Shown in pieces: positions 13,910-26,790 of a stretch of 64,000 nt of DNA. Each line of letters begins with the position of its first letter. Within the stretch, counting starts at the first letter, position 1. Source of the DNA: Podarcis gaigeae (taxonomy: Eukaryota); the NCBI GenBank assembly GCA_964106915.2, contig OZ066915.1; one strand, written 5' to 3'. The notes under the pieces were generated by a model. That model saw only the letters and a list, made by a program, of their open reading frames with translations, was not told where the DNA came from and searched no databases. The position numbers were made by a program, and so were the translations under genes.

Positions 13910-16159
13910 TCCCAAAACCAGGGAAGGAGAAGGTTCCAGCTTTCTCTTTACCAGATGAAAATGAAGAAAGGGTCAAAGCCGCAACCTAAACCCAGTCCAG
14001 GCATAGAGCTGGGTCCTGTAGCCCTCTTAAGCTGTGTTACCATAGACTGCAGTGTTTGCAGGAGGAGTCTCATACTCTTTACAGCAGGCTTGTTCATTGC
14101 TTAACAAATCCCAAACACGTGTACAAAGATTGTCATGCAAACTATACCTGGGTGAAATGTCCTCATTTATATAACTCTTAAAGGTTCAAAAGCACAGTCC
14201 TCTTTTGCACCTGGCCAACCTAGGAGCCAGCCCATCTCTGAAAGCAATCTCACGAACACCCTCTCAATCAGACACCCCCCCCAATGTTATCATCCTCTCT
14301 CATTCAGAGCTCACAAGTATTATTGGAGGGTGAAAAGAGGTGGGAACAGTGGGAAACAGGGCCTGCTGTTTCTGTTTAACTCCAGGAATCATTCCAGAGA
14401 GGATAATATCCAAAGATTTCAGTTTGCCATGTCAAATATGCAGGTACTTTGCGGTATTAAAAATTGATGCCCTGTTCTTATAAAACTGGCCCTTTCTGAT
14501 TGCTAGAAGGCAAAGTTGCCCATAAACAACATTTTATTTCTTATTTAATGCAACTTCTTGGGCAAAAGGAGTCAATCAATTTTTCATAAAGTCTGAGGGA
14601 AAGATAAATGCCAGGGATCATTTTCTGAGTCACCATCAAACAGAATTGATATGGATATGAGACAGCACAGGGAGGGTTTGACAATTACGGTCTGAATGAC
14701 CTTTTCATTATTTTGTTTTAAGCCATTAATCTCCCCCCCTCCCCACTTCCACTCGTTATAGGCTATTTTAAGTAGTATTGTGTAGCCTACACATTTCAAA
14801 TAATTTCTGTCCTGTGAAGTGGCCAAGAGGACTTGGCTCAGGTCAGCGTTTAAAAATGTGTTTCTAAGCTATTGCATTTTGCAAGGGGAAGGGGCATCAG
14901 TGAGACCCCTGGCGCACATCAGGTTAGACTAGCTCTGCATAGACCATGTCTGTGGATTATGAGGGTCACTGGTTACTGCATGTACAAAACTAAAACTACG
15001 AACAAGAATGGAAAGTGAAACTAGGTAAAGGCAATCCTCTGGTGCTTAGAATATTGCCACGATCCCAAATACCCACAACAAAGACTCTCCACAATATAAC
15101 AAAACCATTGAGACAAAACTTCATTGCTACTAGTCAAGTATCCTTGTCATTGGAAGCAGTCGCCATGTGACCCTGGTAAGCAAGGCTTTGGCAGGTGGGT
15201 GGCACCTGCCCATTTTGCCTCAGACAGTGAAATGGGACAGGTTACTCCATGTTTCATAATAAAAATAGCATATAGGAGCAAAACCCTTCTCAGCATTCAG
15301 ATATAAGAAGACACTCACACTGTGTTCCTAGATGTCCACATCCTCTCTCTAGATGTGGAGAGGAGAAAAAGGGCAGAAACCTCAAAATACAATGATGTCT
15401 ACCTGAAGCCACTCTGAAGCACAGCAACTGTGACATCAAAATCTTTTCCATCATAATCTTCCTCATAATCTTTTCCAAGCAAGTCATTTAGAATATTAAG
15501 ATAGAAGATGTCTGATCCAGTTTGCTCACATTAGGCTTCATCCAGGCAGAATATCAATAAATACAGCGCTACTCCATGTTTCTCCCTGAGAAATCCTATG
15601 GAACACCACACAATGCAGTCAGTATTATGGATGTATTGAACATATGGAGATGATCAATACTTCAGACTATTGTGGCTGCTATAAATCAATGGAAATGTAA
15701 ATTGTTAGTGGGACTGTGCACTGATAGCTAATATCTGTGAGACATTAGACAAAATATCTGAAATACCACAGTTATACATATATTAAACATCAATAAAACA
15801 AGTCATTTCTCAAAGAAAGATGGAGACTTAACACTATACTCTTTCATGTCCTTAAAATGCAAAGTCACACAAACTCATCCACTGTGAGGAAAATTACTTC
15901 ACCTTGCAGTCAGTTCAAATGTGAGCAAGAAAAACAGCACTGCCTCAGAAATATATATATATAAATTCAGTTATGGACACGGAAACACACAAATATAGTC
16001 AATGCTTTTAAAAAAATTACTGGGCACAAAATAGTCTGTAACAAATAACAGATTTCCCAAGCATCTGACCATATATTTATAATGTCTATGTAACCGTTAA
16101 CCTAAGAACAGCTAAGCTGCACAGGTTGATCTCAGCCTACACATTTAAAAGCCTTACAG

Positions 16160-16843
16160 AGATAGTGCAGTCCCTGTGATTCATACACTGGTAACCTCAC
16201 GATTGCACCACTGTAATACACTCTGTATGGGGCTTCTGTTGGGATTGGTCCAGAAGCAGCAGCCGGCTCAGAATGTTGTGGCCAGGTTACTGAGTGGGGC
16301 ACCTGGATGTGCGCATATTACACCTATGCGGAGGGAACTACACTTGCTGCTGATCAGCTATCAAGCCATGTTCAAGGTTTTGTTCTTTACGGATAAAGCC
16401 CTGAACAACTCAGGACTCTGTTACCTGAAAGACTGCCTGCTCCTGCACAGAACTGTAAGATCATGTAGATCATCTGCGGAAATTCTATTCATGGCACTGC
16501 ACCCTACTGAATATCACAGGGCAGTGACCCCCAAATGGGGTTTTTCTGCTGTTGCCCCTATACTGTGGAATGCCTTTCCCTCTTCCACATGTGAAGAAGC
16601 AGCCATCAGTTGCTTGAAACATCTTGTAAAAATTTATCTTTTTGTAAAGCTGGCCCATAAGATGTGACTATTTTATGTGACCGAATTCCCTCAATTTATT
16701 TACTTTTAGTTTATTTACTTTTACTCATTTTTATACATCTGTTCCATTGGTTTTGGGCTGTATTTTTGTTTTATATTGTATACTGTTTAGATATTTTTAA
16801 GATACTAAGTGGTCTTTCAGTGCTTTAAAATAAACAAATTAAA
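16160..16843 (+). mobile_element. L2 LINE 3' fragment (ORF2 C-terminus plus 3' UTR)
   Basis: ORF 16176-16667 has L2 motifs IHTLVTSRLHHCN, QNVVARLL, HITPMRRELH, KALNNSGLCYLKD and FSAVAPILWNAFP. A T-rich UTR and a taaaataaa tail follow. Confidence 0.9.
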
Positions 16844-19800
16844 CTTTGGAGGGAGGGCGTGTCCCAAAGGCACCCAAAATTGTGAAGCATGTTGCAGTCA
16901 AAAACCCTCCAAATGCTGTTGGACCCCCAACTTTCATGAGCCCTAGCGTGAGGGATGTTGGGAGTTGGAGTCTAGCAATATCTGGAGGGCACCAGCAAGT
17001 CTATTCCTGTGCTATAGCAATCAACAAGTAAGCAAACTCGAACAACGTACTGAAAGGTCTAATAACGTCTGAGCATTGTGCACAAATGAGCTCCAAGTGC
17101 AAGACAAAATAAAGAAATTACGTGATATTCTGTCACAAAAAACAAGTGGCAGAGAGAGAACATTTGAAATAGAAGCACTTCCTCTAAGGGAGAAGGGAGG
17201 GTGGTGAAGTTCCAGGTATCTCCCAAAGGTTTGCTTTGTATTGTGGTTTATTGTTAATCCTGGACTTTTAAGAGTTTTAAATGCATAAATGGCAAAATAC
17301 CTAATAAAATCTAGAGGATTGAAGCCCTGGTGCATAAAGAAAGATTCTAGGCCACTGTGGTCCACAGAAAAGCTGGAAATGAATGAATGGCACTGTGAAT
17401 ATGCAACATGCTCTGCTTCAAAAGTCGCATACAAACAAAACATTCTTAAGATACTGAAGATCCCCTGTTTGCAATGACATAGAATTAGCAGAAGCCCTGC
17501 TACCACAGAAGAACTGAAATGGGAAGCAATCGTAGGCAGGACAAGGGCAGTCAAAGAGAAAAGCTTTTCTTCATTAACCTACTTAGCTCCAGACAGGCTC
17601 CTGTATCCTGACAAGCTTTATGAGAGTTATGTAGAAGGGGAAAGTGCTTAATGTGGAGCTGGTCCACAATGTACGTTGCACCTGCTACACCTTGAGCTGC
17701 TGAGCAAGGCCCAGTAGCCCAGCTTGGGTGACCAGCTGGCATCCTCACACCTGTCCTTCTCTTTCAGTATCCATTCCATCTTGGACACTAATCAATAAAG
17801 GCTTTGTCTGTGGTCCATATGTTACTTCTTTGTTGCTAGGGATTGATAGATAGGGTTCTCTTTTCCTCACCTGAATACGTTCTAGCTTCAACTGGCCTCA
17901 GGATGCAACTCAGAGGCTGGCAGGGAGTCTGATGGGCTCAGGGCAAGTGGCCTCTCCTACCTGTGCTCCATCACTCTGTACCAAGAGGGGCAGGGGGCAT
18001 CAGTGGGATGGGTCTCCCCTCTAGCTGCTTTACATTTCAAAGAGAAAAGATGTTCTTGAACCATAACTGATGGACCTTCAGAACTGATGCAGAGCAGATG
18101 TATTTAACACATGTATTTTCACTTTGGCATCTGTACATGGTAGCAAGCATTTATAGGGAGACAAGGTCTCCTTTAGCCCCAAGTGACTATATATCAGTGC
18201 ATCAGTGACTGTATGCACAAATATTGAGTTAACAATCTACACTCTCTGCTAGGAGCTCCAAAGCCATTAGGGAAAGTGTAAATAGAGTAGCAGACAGTGA
18301 TTTAGAATAAACATATTGAACGGACACTTCCGTGCTGTTCTCTGAAAGATATCCTCTGTCTGCAGAGTCCACCAACCCATTTGAAAATGATCTACTCTCA
18401 CTGGTCATTTCCTGGCAAGCAACTTGTAAACTGTCCACACCATCACTTTCTGGCATTCACTGGCCAGATGCAGCCTGCAAGAACATCCGTCAGAGGATAA
18501 GCTTACAGAGTGGACATGTCCCTAATGCTAGATGCTTGCTATTGGCTCTGCTCCTGGGACTCACTCCAAATCCACACACAGTACAACTTTAAATTATCTA
18601 CTACAGGATAGTGTAGGCAGAAGAACAAGGCTCCAGTTACCCCAAAGAGCAGTTTCCAAAGCAAAACAATTTTTTAATGTAGCATTAGGATCCCAGCTCA
18701 TGTTTGATTCATGTTTGGCTTTTATTTATTTTAACTGTAGCAAACAAAACTAAGAGTAACTGCAAAACAAGATGCTCAGCAGAGAAACGCTCTGTCTTGA
18801 TTCAGAGCGCCCTGTCATCACATGCTTGCTCTCAGTCACTCAACACCTGTTTCCAATTTACATGCTCCTATACCAATAGTTCACTATATTAGTTTACACT
18901 TGTTTGATTGCCTTCTCGCTTTTAGGCTGTGTGTATTACTAACAGGTTATTCTTAGTAACAGATTAAAGTGCATGTTGACCCTGGAGGCTTTGCTTTCAC
19001 TTTCTATCTAATTCAATTCCTTTCTCTTGGGACCCTCCTCTGAATTCACCTTCCAGCGAGTTATTGTGCCGTTTATGTGGAAACAGTGGGTTCCTCAACA
19101 ACAACAACAACAAACATAGGGCCCTGGAAAGATCAAGCGACTATTTTAAAATACATAAAATTAATAAAATATTGATAGCTACAGAATTAGACACTTTAAT
19201 AAAATACTGAAACTTACAAAATTCCAATTGGAACATTACTTTCTGACTCTTTTATCTCTGCAAAATTGGGTATAGCAGAGAGTAGGGTGGTACTGTATTT
19301 AAACTGCTCAACATGCAACATCCTACCTCCAGACTGTCACAATTTTGTGAAAGGGATTCAAGTGCATATCAGAACTTTAGGTTTGCACAATTAAAATAGA
19401 TTAAACAGTCCCATCACCTTGAACAACAAATCTATTTAAAAAAACAATCTGGTTTTTTGAGGTTTGGAAAGTGATGCGTAAATGCACTGTGTGGGATAAA
19501 TGAAAGACCAACCAGAAGATGTATAAACACCACACAAGCAAATCTGAATTAATGTAGAACAAAGACTCATTGCCATATAACTGTCCCCCATATAAATCAA
19601 AACAAAAGACCATATATAATCTAAATGTGCAGAAAATTTGTGTAAGCAAATCAGGATGCTCAATGTACAGGATATATATAACCTGTTCACTTTAATATGG
19701 GAACCATCAGCACTTTTATTGCAGAAATTTCTACAGCCATGAGAGTAGCACCCAATAACTACATTCACATTTCTCTCTCAACAATTTCCAATTTGAGAAT

Positions 19801-20335
19801 TACTCAATTTGGTTCTTGCTGCCCAGATTCAATTGTTACTAAGCACTTCTCGGTTACAATGACCCAGCATTCAGTGGCAATAATAGGGTCCCCATGAGCT
19901 GAAATACGTACATGCAAGCACACGAAGGGGGAAAGATGGTTTTAAAAAAGTATCCTTATAAACCACCCTTTGGCGGCACAGACATTTCATAACTAATTGC
20001 TTTGTACTGATCACAGATATCAGCCATATCTTCCAAAAGGCTAGTTAAGTCTATATATGGTCAGAAGATTGCAGGGCCAGAATATTTGTTTTGTTCTGCT
20101 AGAATCAGATAGCTTTGTGCCCATCTCTTACTCCAGTGGGTTGGAGCTAGATCACTCGGCGGAAGGTTGATCTGCTGGAGAATTAAAAACCTACAAGTCC
20201 TCATCGCCGCTTGTGTCAATGATTAAAGCCAAGATGAGGAAGAGCTGCAACAAGAAAGCAACTTCACCCCATCTTTCTAAAATGAGGTGCTCAGTAAGGA
20301 CGACGCATGCAATTCCACCTTAGACAGAGATTTGA

Positions 20336-20516
20336 NNNNNNNNNNNNNNNNNNNNNNNNNNNNNNNNNNNNNNNNNNNNNNNNNNNNNNNNNNNNNNNNN
20401 NNNNNNNNNNNNNNNNNNNNNNNNNNNNNNNNNNNNNNNNNNNNNNNNNNNNNNNNNNNNNNNNNNNNNNNNNNNNNNNNNNNNNNNNNNNNNNNNNNNN
20501 NNNNNNNNNNNNNNNN
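20336..20516. other. Assembly gap (181 N)
   Basis: Run of N. Confidence 1.
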
Positions 20517-20911
20517 ACATAGTTCTTTTTTTCCTTCTTGAGGTGTAAAATGAAAATTTCTTTTTAAAAAGGGTTCATTTATGTATCTGTCTTCTGTGGG
20601 GATAAAATTGGCTACATTTTACTGCCTCATTGCACCCAAGAAAGGAAGAAAAGTTAACAGTTAACACATTGTCCAACAGAATGAAACAGCTACACTAAAG
20701 CAGTAAAATAAGTGTCAGATTGGTGTCTTAGCATTGTTAATGTATGAGGTCCCCTGATTGTCAAATGACAGGCTGATTATGAAAGCTTCAGCAGCAATAT
20801 CCTAAAACTGTGCAAAGACAAAGACTGAAAGGTGTCACTTGGGAGGGCATGCCATAGATGCTGTTCCCAAATATCTTATTTCCTGAACAGAGAGAACTGA
20901 TCCCAATCTCC

Positions 20912-20960
20912 TTATGCTTCACAGAAGGAAGTGACTCATTATGCTTCACAGAAGGAAGTG
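20912..20960. repeat. Local tandem duplication (22-bp unit, 27-bp period)
   Basis: ttatgcttcacagaaggaagtg at 20912-20933 and 20939-20960. Confidence 0.9.
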
Positions 20961-21562
20961 TGCTGGGTCCTAGACATTTAGGGCTTTATAGTTCTGCAGT
21001 AGTTTAAATCCTACCTGCACACACTCTTTCAAAAGACCAGAAGAACATCAGTTCAGACCACTGTACTGTTAAGTGCACATTATTCACAGCACATTATTAT
21101 GCTGTCTATCTGCCACCTAGATGGTTGACTTGTGTTGGTAGTAAAACTGTAAGGCAATGCCACTGGAAACTGAGCAACAGGAACCATTGGACGTATTTGT
21201 AATGTGGAAAAGGCGAAAGGAAATGGATGAGATAATGACTGGAGTATTTGTGATAGGGAGATCACATATGCATATCTTTGATAGGTGATAAGCAATAGGC
21301 ATTCTATCATCTTCCCAAGCATATTATTCCCAGGGCCATGTGTACTCAGCACATCTGCCAGTTTACTAAGCAAACAGAAAATTGGTACAAGGTTCAGAAC
21401 TTTCACCTTTATTTTAAAAAGCAAGTTCCCAGCCCTCAAGGTTGCAGAATAAGCTTGAGAATATGGAAGCCATAGGTGTGAATTTTTAAAAGCCAGATGA
21501 GATCTGGGCAGGCATCTACTAGTCAGGAGATGCACCTTGATGCACTGTTTAGCCTCTTTAAA

Positions 21563-21838
21563 AAAGGTAAAAGGACCCCTGGCCATTAAGTCCAGTTGCG
21601 GATGACTCTGGGTTTGCAGCGCTCATCTCACTTTACTGGCTGAGGGAGCCGGCGTTTGTCCTCAGACAGCTTCCCAGTCATGTGGCCAGCACGACTAAGC
21701 TGCTTCTGGCAAACCAGAGCAGCGCACGGAAACGCCATTTATCTTCCTGCCAGAGTGGTACTTATTTATCTACTTGCATTTTGACGAGCTTTCGAACTGC
21801 TAGGTTGGCAGGAGCAGGGACCGAGCAATGGGAGCTCA
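21563..21838 (-). mobile_element. Sauria SINE, 5'-truncated
   Basis: aaaggtaaa tail complement and a body collinear with the full copy at 61467. The tRNA head is missing. Confidence 0.9.
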
Positions 21839-23077
21839 TTATTCCAAACCAAAGCTCCAAGTTTCTGTCCCAATACCACTCCAGCTCCAATTCTCAAACC
21901 TTCTTTTCACCTTCTCATTGAGTCCCTGTGAATGTTATCTGAAAACTGATTTTGGAAGCAAAAGAGATCATGCAATACTAAAATGAAACAAAACTCAAAG
22001 CAAGCCTAGAACAAAATAGTTCACTAGCATAATTCATTCTATTTGTAGAGTTTGAGTTTTCTTGACACAGAATATGGAAAATTTTGATACACAGTATGCC
22101 CTTTACTACTCCTGCCCTTCTGCGTCCTTCATATGTCAGATTTTAGTCTAAGGACTCTTCTACTGATGAAGCATGATATTCAGCAATATTGGGAAATTTT
22201 CACATATGTTAGCAAGAAAACAAATGCTAATTCCTCTCTTAGAAGAAAATAACCATAGAAAGCTGTAAACACCCATATCCTCACCCAAAAGCCAGGCTCC
22301 ATGTTCTAATCTATACCACATAAATCCATTGGGCCCAACTGTACTAATCAGAAGTCATAGCAAAATGCACTAGAGATCCCCCCCCCCAATCTCTTTGGAA
22401 TTGACTATTCTGCATGACTGAGAAGGGTGAGCCCAGAAACCGAACTGCTCTGTAGTCTCATTCTAGTTTAACTGGAGCAAAAGCCTTAACAATGCAAAAT
22501 AACTTTTATTGAGTTGGACAAGAGACATGCAAGTTAAATGTTATTTTCTAACTTTTTGTACAAAATGCCTTAAATAATAGAATTGCGTGCTTTCTTCCCC
22601 CCAAAATATCCTTTTATTGATTTCCATCAGTATTGCATGAAATCACCATATTAGCTTTCCCCCATTAATGGGATCAGACACACAAGTCTTGTTATATTAG
22701 TGATTTTCACAGTGTAACTTAGTAAGCTATTTTTAATGCTCTGCCGGAGGCTTGCCAGGCTTGATCATATTTTGACATTCGATAGTAGAGGCACACTCGT
22801 TTTGGCCCAGTTTGCTTGATTTGCGATTATTAGGAGCGCAAAGGAATGCGACCCATCTATAAGAGCGAGACTAGGGGAGAAGAGCACTCTGATCAGGAAA
22901 AAGCCAAAGGCGCATTTCAAAGTCTGCTGGGACAAAATGGAATAGCAAGGCAAAAGAGAACAGAGTTGCTAAATGTGCTTAGATACAATGGGCTAAATGC
23001 CTTGCAGCTACTAAAATGAGATGAAGTTTTAATCTCCTGGCTTCTTTGCCCGAGCTGCCTTGCCATACTTAGCACAA

Positions 23078-23221
23078 TAAAGGTAAAGGACCCCTGACAG
23101 TTAAGTCCAGTCGCGAACGACTCTGGGGTTGCAGCGCTCATCTCGCTTTACTGGCCGAGGGAGCCGATGTTTGTCTGCAGACAATTTTGACGTGCTTTCA
23201 AACTGCTAGGTTGGCAGGAGC
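23078..23221 (-). mobile_element. Sauria SINE, truncated with internal deletion
   Basis: aaaggtaaaggacccctgacagttaagtccagtcgcgaacgactctgggg... jumps to ttttgacgtgctttcaaactgctaggttggcaggagc. Confidence 0.85.
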
Positions 23222-23725
23222 TTCTTCTTAATAGTGGTCTTACGGTGCTTCAGAGAAAGTGTGCACGAAGCTGGGCAGGTAGGAGGGATCTGGTTCCCAT
23301 TTGTTTGCACCTGCCTCAAAATTGCATAGTGGTACCTGGTGGGATCAGGCCACTTTTCGATTCTTTACCAAATAAGGAAAACTGAATGTAGACTTGGTGG
23401 TCAAAAGAGTATTGGAGCCAGCATGGGAAAGAAGCTTGTGGCAACAATAAGTTCCATAATGCAAAAGGAAGGAAGTGAGGAAGAGCAAGAGAGGCATAGA
23501 AACTTAGGAAGCTCCTTAACTGGTCAAACGATTTTTCCATCCAGCTTACTACTGTTTATTTTGACTGGTAGTTGCTCCCCGGCGTCACAGTGACTCTGCC
23601 ATCACCTACTACTGCTCCTTTTAAGTGGAGATACCACCGATTAAACCTGGAACCTTTTGCACACAACCTTGTGCTGCTATGACTTCTCTTTGAAACAAGG
23701 TTTAATGACCCAATGTGGATAAGGC

Positions 23726-24067
23726 CATACCCTCCAACATTTCTCCGATGAAAATAGGGATGTCCCATTCCATAATGAAAATTTTACTATTTATACCCCA
23801 CACATCTTACTGGGTTGCCCCAGCCACTCTTGGCAGCTTCCAACTAATAATAATAATAATAATAATAAACATTAAAAAACTTTCCCTATACAGGACTGCC
23901 TTCAGATGGCGGGGGGGGGGGAGGATAACTCCATACCCTCCAACATTTCTCCAATGAAAATAGGGACATCCTAAAGAAAAGTGGGACATTCTGGGATCAA
24001 ATCAGAAACTGGGACGACTTCTCTAAATCAGGGACACCCCTGAAAACAGGGACACTTGAAGGGTCTG
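23726..24067. mobile_element. Non-autonomous DNA transposon (MITE) with 6-bp TSD
   Basis: Termini cataccctcca / tgaagggtctg, flanked by taaggc at 23720-23725 and 24068-24073. There is an internal repeat of the left terminus near 23932. Confidence 0.8.
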
Positions 24068-24639
24068 TAAGGCAGGTACGCCCACAGCATACCTGCCTTA
24101 CAGACTTACATCCACTTTTGCCCTAAATGTTCAAGTCAGCTGGAAGCCTAGATTCTGACAAAAACCAATGAAAAATAAATGGGCAGGTGTAATATTTTGC
24201 TGAACTTCACTGAGTGACCACCCCACTGGTTTATATATATACCACACATCTCGCCTTTGGTGCTGTGCCAGGGATACAAACCCACAAAGCAACTGAAACA
24301 AATTCTCCTTTAATCCCTACCACCACTATATGTGAAACCTGCTGTAATTCAGAAACAGCAGTGCAATAATTTTTTTACATATACTTATTTTGCCAATTTT
24401 ATCTCCATATTATTGAGAATTGTTTTATATTGCTTTAAGCACACTGTTTAGATTTTTAAATAAGCAGTTTTATATATTGCTCTAAATAAAAAAACAACAG
24501 TTTTTCTCTTCATGTATGACAAGTTGTCAGTACCATTGTACTTTTGAGGAAACAGTCATAGTTCCTCTGTGTCATATAACATATCTACTTGCAGAGCGAT
24601 TTTTGCTCAGAAGTCAGACCATTGTATCCAATGGAGCTT

Positions 24640-24640
<1 letters not shown>

Positions 24641-24684
<44 letters not shown>

Positions 24685-24692
24685 TGTGTGTG
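24641..24692. repeat. (TG)n microsatellite, interrupted
   Basis: Directly visible. Confidence 0.95.
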
Positions 24693-26580
24693 TAGATAAG
24701 ATTGCAGATTTAAGATGTGTGGAGAATTAAAAGAAGAGCAGAGCAGAAAACACCAAAGATAGCAGGCATACTCTTCATGGCATATTTTCATGTTATTGGA
24801 CTACAGAATGTCTATATGGTTAGGGCTGTGCTTTCTAGCATATTGGGAACGATAATTTAATCCAGAGTTCGCAGTAGCAAATATAATATAAAATAAAATG
24901 CATTTCCAAAGATTATACCAAAGCTCTAACACTGGAGGGGAGAGGGGAAGGGTTAAGAGAAGGAGATATCCATGACCAGATCTGAATCCATTTTCAGAAT
25001 CCATTTTTCAATGCCTGACTCCTGACATTTACAGGGTAATAATTAAACACAGTGTTTCTGAGCATACAAAGTGTGTCTTATTTTCATCACTGGAGCCACA
25101 AGGGCACCCACATGCACACAAGTGGAATGACAGCCCAAGCGTATGATGCTAAGGCACCTCTCATTTTAGAAATTAAGCACTTGCGCTATTTGTATTAAGA
25201 GGATGCCATTATTTCTCTTCCAAGAGAAGGAGCGACTGACCTAACAGCCACCTCATGTGCTTTTGCAAACTGGTCTTCAATTGCAAACAGATGAGTGTTG
25301 CTCACCAACCCCCAAAAGCCTTAGCAGTAAGACTGCAGTTCACTTGAAAACACCTTCAGGAATTCTGGCAAGAACCCTGCAGTGACAATTATGTTTATGG
25401 GATGTGTGCGTCCATCAGGAAGGAATCTGTCATGTTTGCGCTATTATTATGATTCTTCCCACTTTATTAACATCCTTTTAGTAACCACAAGCCTTTCAGA
25501 AAGCTGCTTTGGCGGTTTGCAACCACAGCAGTGCAACATGTGCAGGGCTCTTCAGTGGTGGGGAAAGAGGCTACATTAGTCGTATTCATATAAAGAGTCT
25601 TGGGGAAGGGGTTAGAATTGCTCTAACTGTTGCAAATCCTCAGTCACCTTGGGCTTCAGGGCTGTCACTACACAGCTAACAATAGCTATTCACAGTCCTT
25701 GACACAGACCTCTGATCCACAAAGGACTTGTTCTCCTCTAGTGTGTTTAGTCATAGCACAGAAGTCAGCAGCCCAGCCTGGCTTCTGAGACATGGACCCT
25801 GTAAGAATAAACTGTTTCTTCTCTCATCCTCCTTTTATTCTCTATCCAAAGAAGGGTTGATTCAGATGACTGACCTGGATTGCTCTAAAGATTTGTCATG
25901 TCAGACTGTTGTCCTATAGGAATCACAATGACCTGGGTTCAGATGCAATGCTAAACTATGGTTTAGCATTTCATGCACAACCTTCGGCTTGTGTGCTCCC
26001 CTCATCCTCGTGGCTCAACCATGAGGAACAGAGAGAAGCTTTTGTTTCACATTCATTTTCAATTAACCATGGTTTAGTCCTAAGTCTGAACACTAAAATG
26101 TAGTTTTTGTGTCTTGACTATGGTTTACTGGAATAAGCTAGCTTCATAAGCCTTGGACAGCCTTCCAAGGGCCACGGCTCAATGGTGGGAAGGGCCAGAG
26201 GCAAAAGTAGCAGAGCAATGGATGTAAATTTTACCTTTGTGTTTGTTTCAACGCACACTTAGCCCTTGCTATCCTCCATCGATCCAAGCAAGCAACTGCA
26301 AACCCTTCAATAACATTGGATTGGATCCAGATTTATAGTGCATATTAAACCACTTAACCATTTATTTTGAGAAGCAAATCCTTTGAGTAGTATTTAACTA
26401 AGTTTTACCTCTGAAATTAATGAACATGCCTAGGTTAGAACCATTACTTTATATTGGTCTACTCTGAATAAAATGTAGTTGAATGCCTTGAAGTCAGTGG
26501 GGCTTATTCCTTACGGGAAGATTCAGCTGCATGCTAAACGTCCGCTGTTACATGCAAGACACTGCGTGATTTGACCTAGT

Positions 26581-26790
26581 ATAGGAACATAGGATGCTCC
26601 CTTATACTGAGTCAGCCCAATGGCCCATCTAGTTCAGTACTGTCTACACAGACTGGCAGCAGCTCTCCAGGGCTTCAGGCAGGGAATCTTTTCCTAACTT
26701 ACCTGGAGATGAGATGCTAGAGTTTTAAACTGAGACTTTCTGCATGCAAAACAAATGGTCTATGGTCTTTCCCCTAAGCTATGCCCCTTC
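26581..26790 (-). mobile_element. tRNA-derived SINE with CR1-like tail
   Basis: ataggaacataggatgct...ttatactgagtcag...ggcccatctag (tail complement) through ctttctgcatgcaaa (head complement). Confidence 0.7.

Noticed and set aside
16176-16667. 163-aa ORF as a host gene
   Set aside because: It is the degenerate C-terminus of L2 ORF2.
17021-17554. 177-aa ORF, and similar long ORFs at 5194-5664, 21080-21586, 27927-28412 and 32924-33442
   Set aside because: No recognisable domain or exon boundaries; several run through microsatellites or SINE ends. Consistent with chance ORFs.
20287-20541. ORFs spanning X residues
   Set aside because: Artefacts of the N gap.
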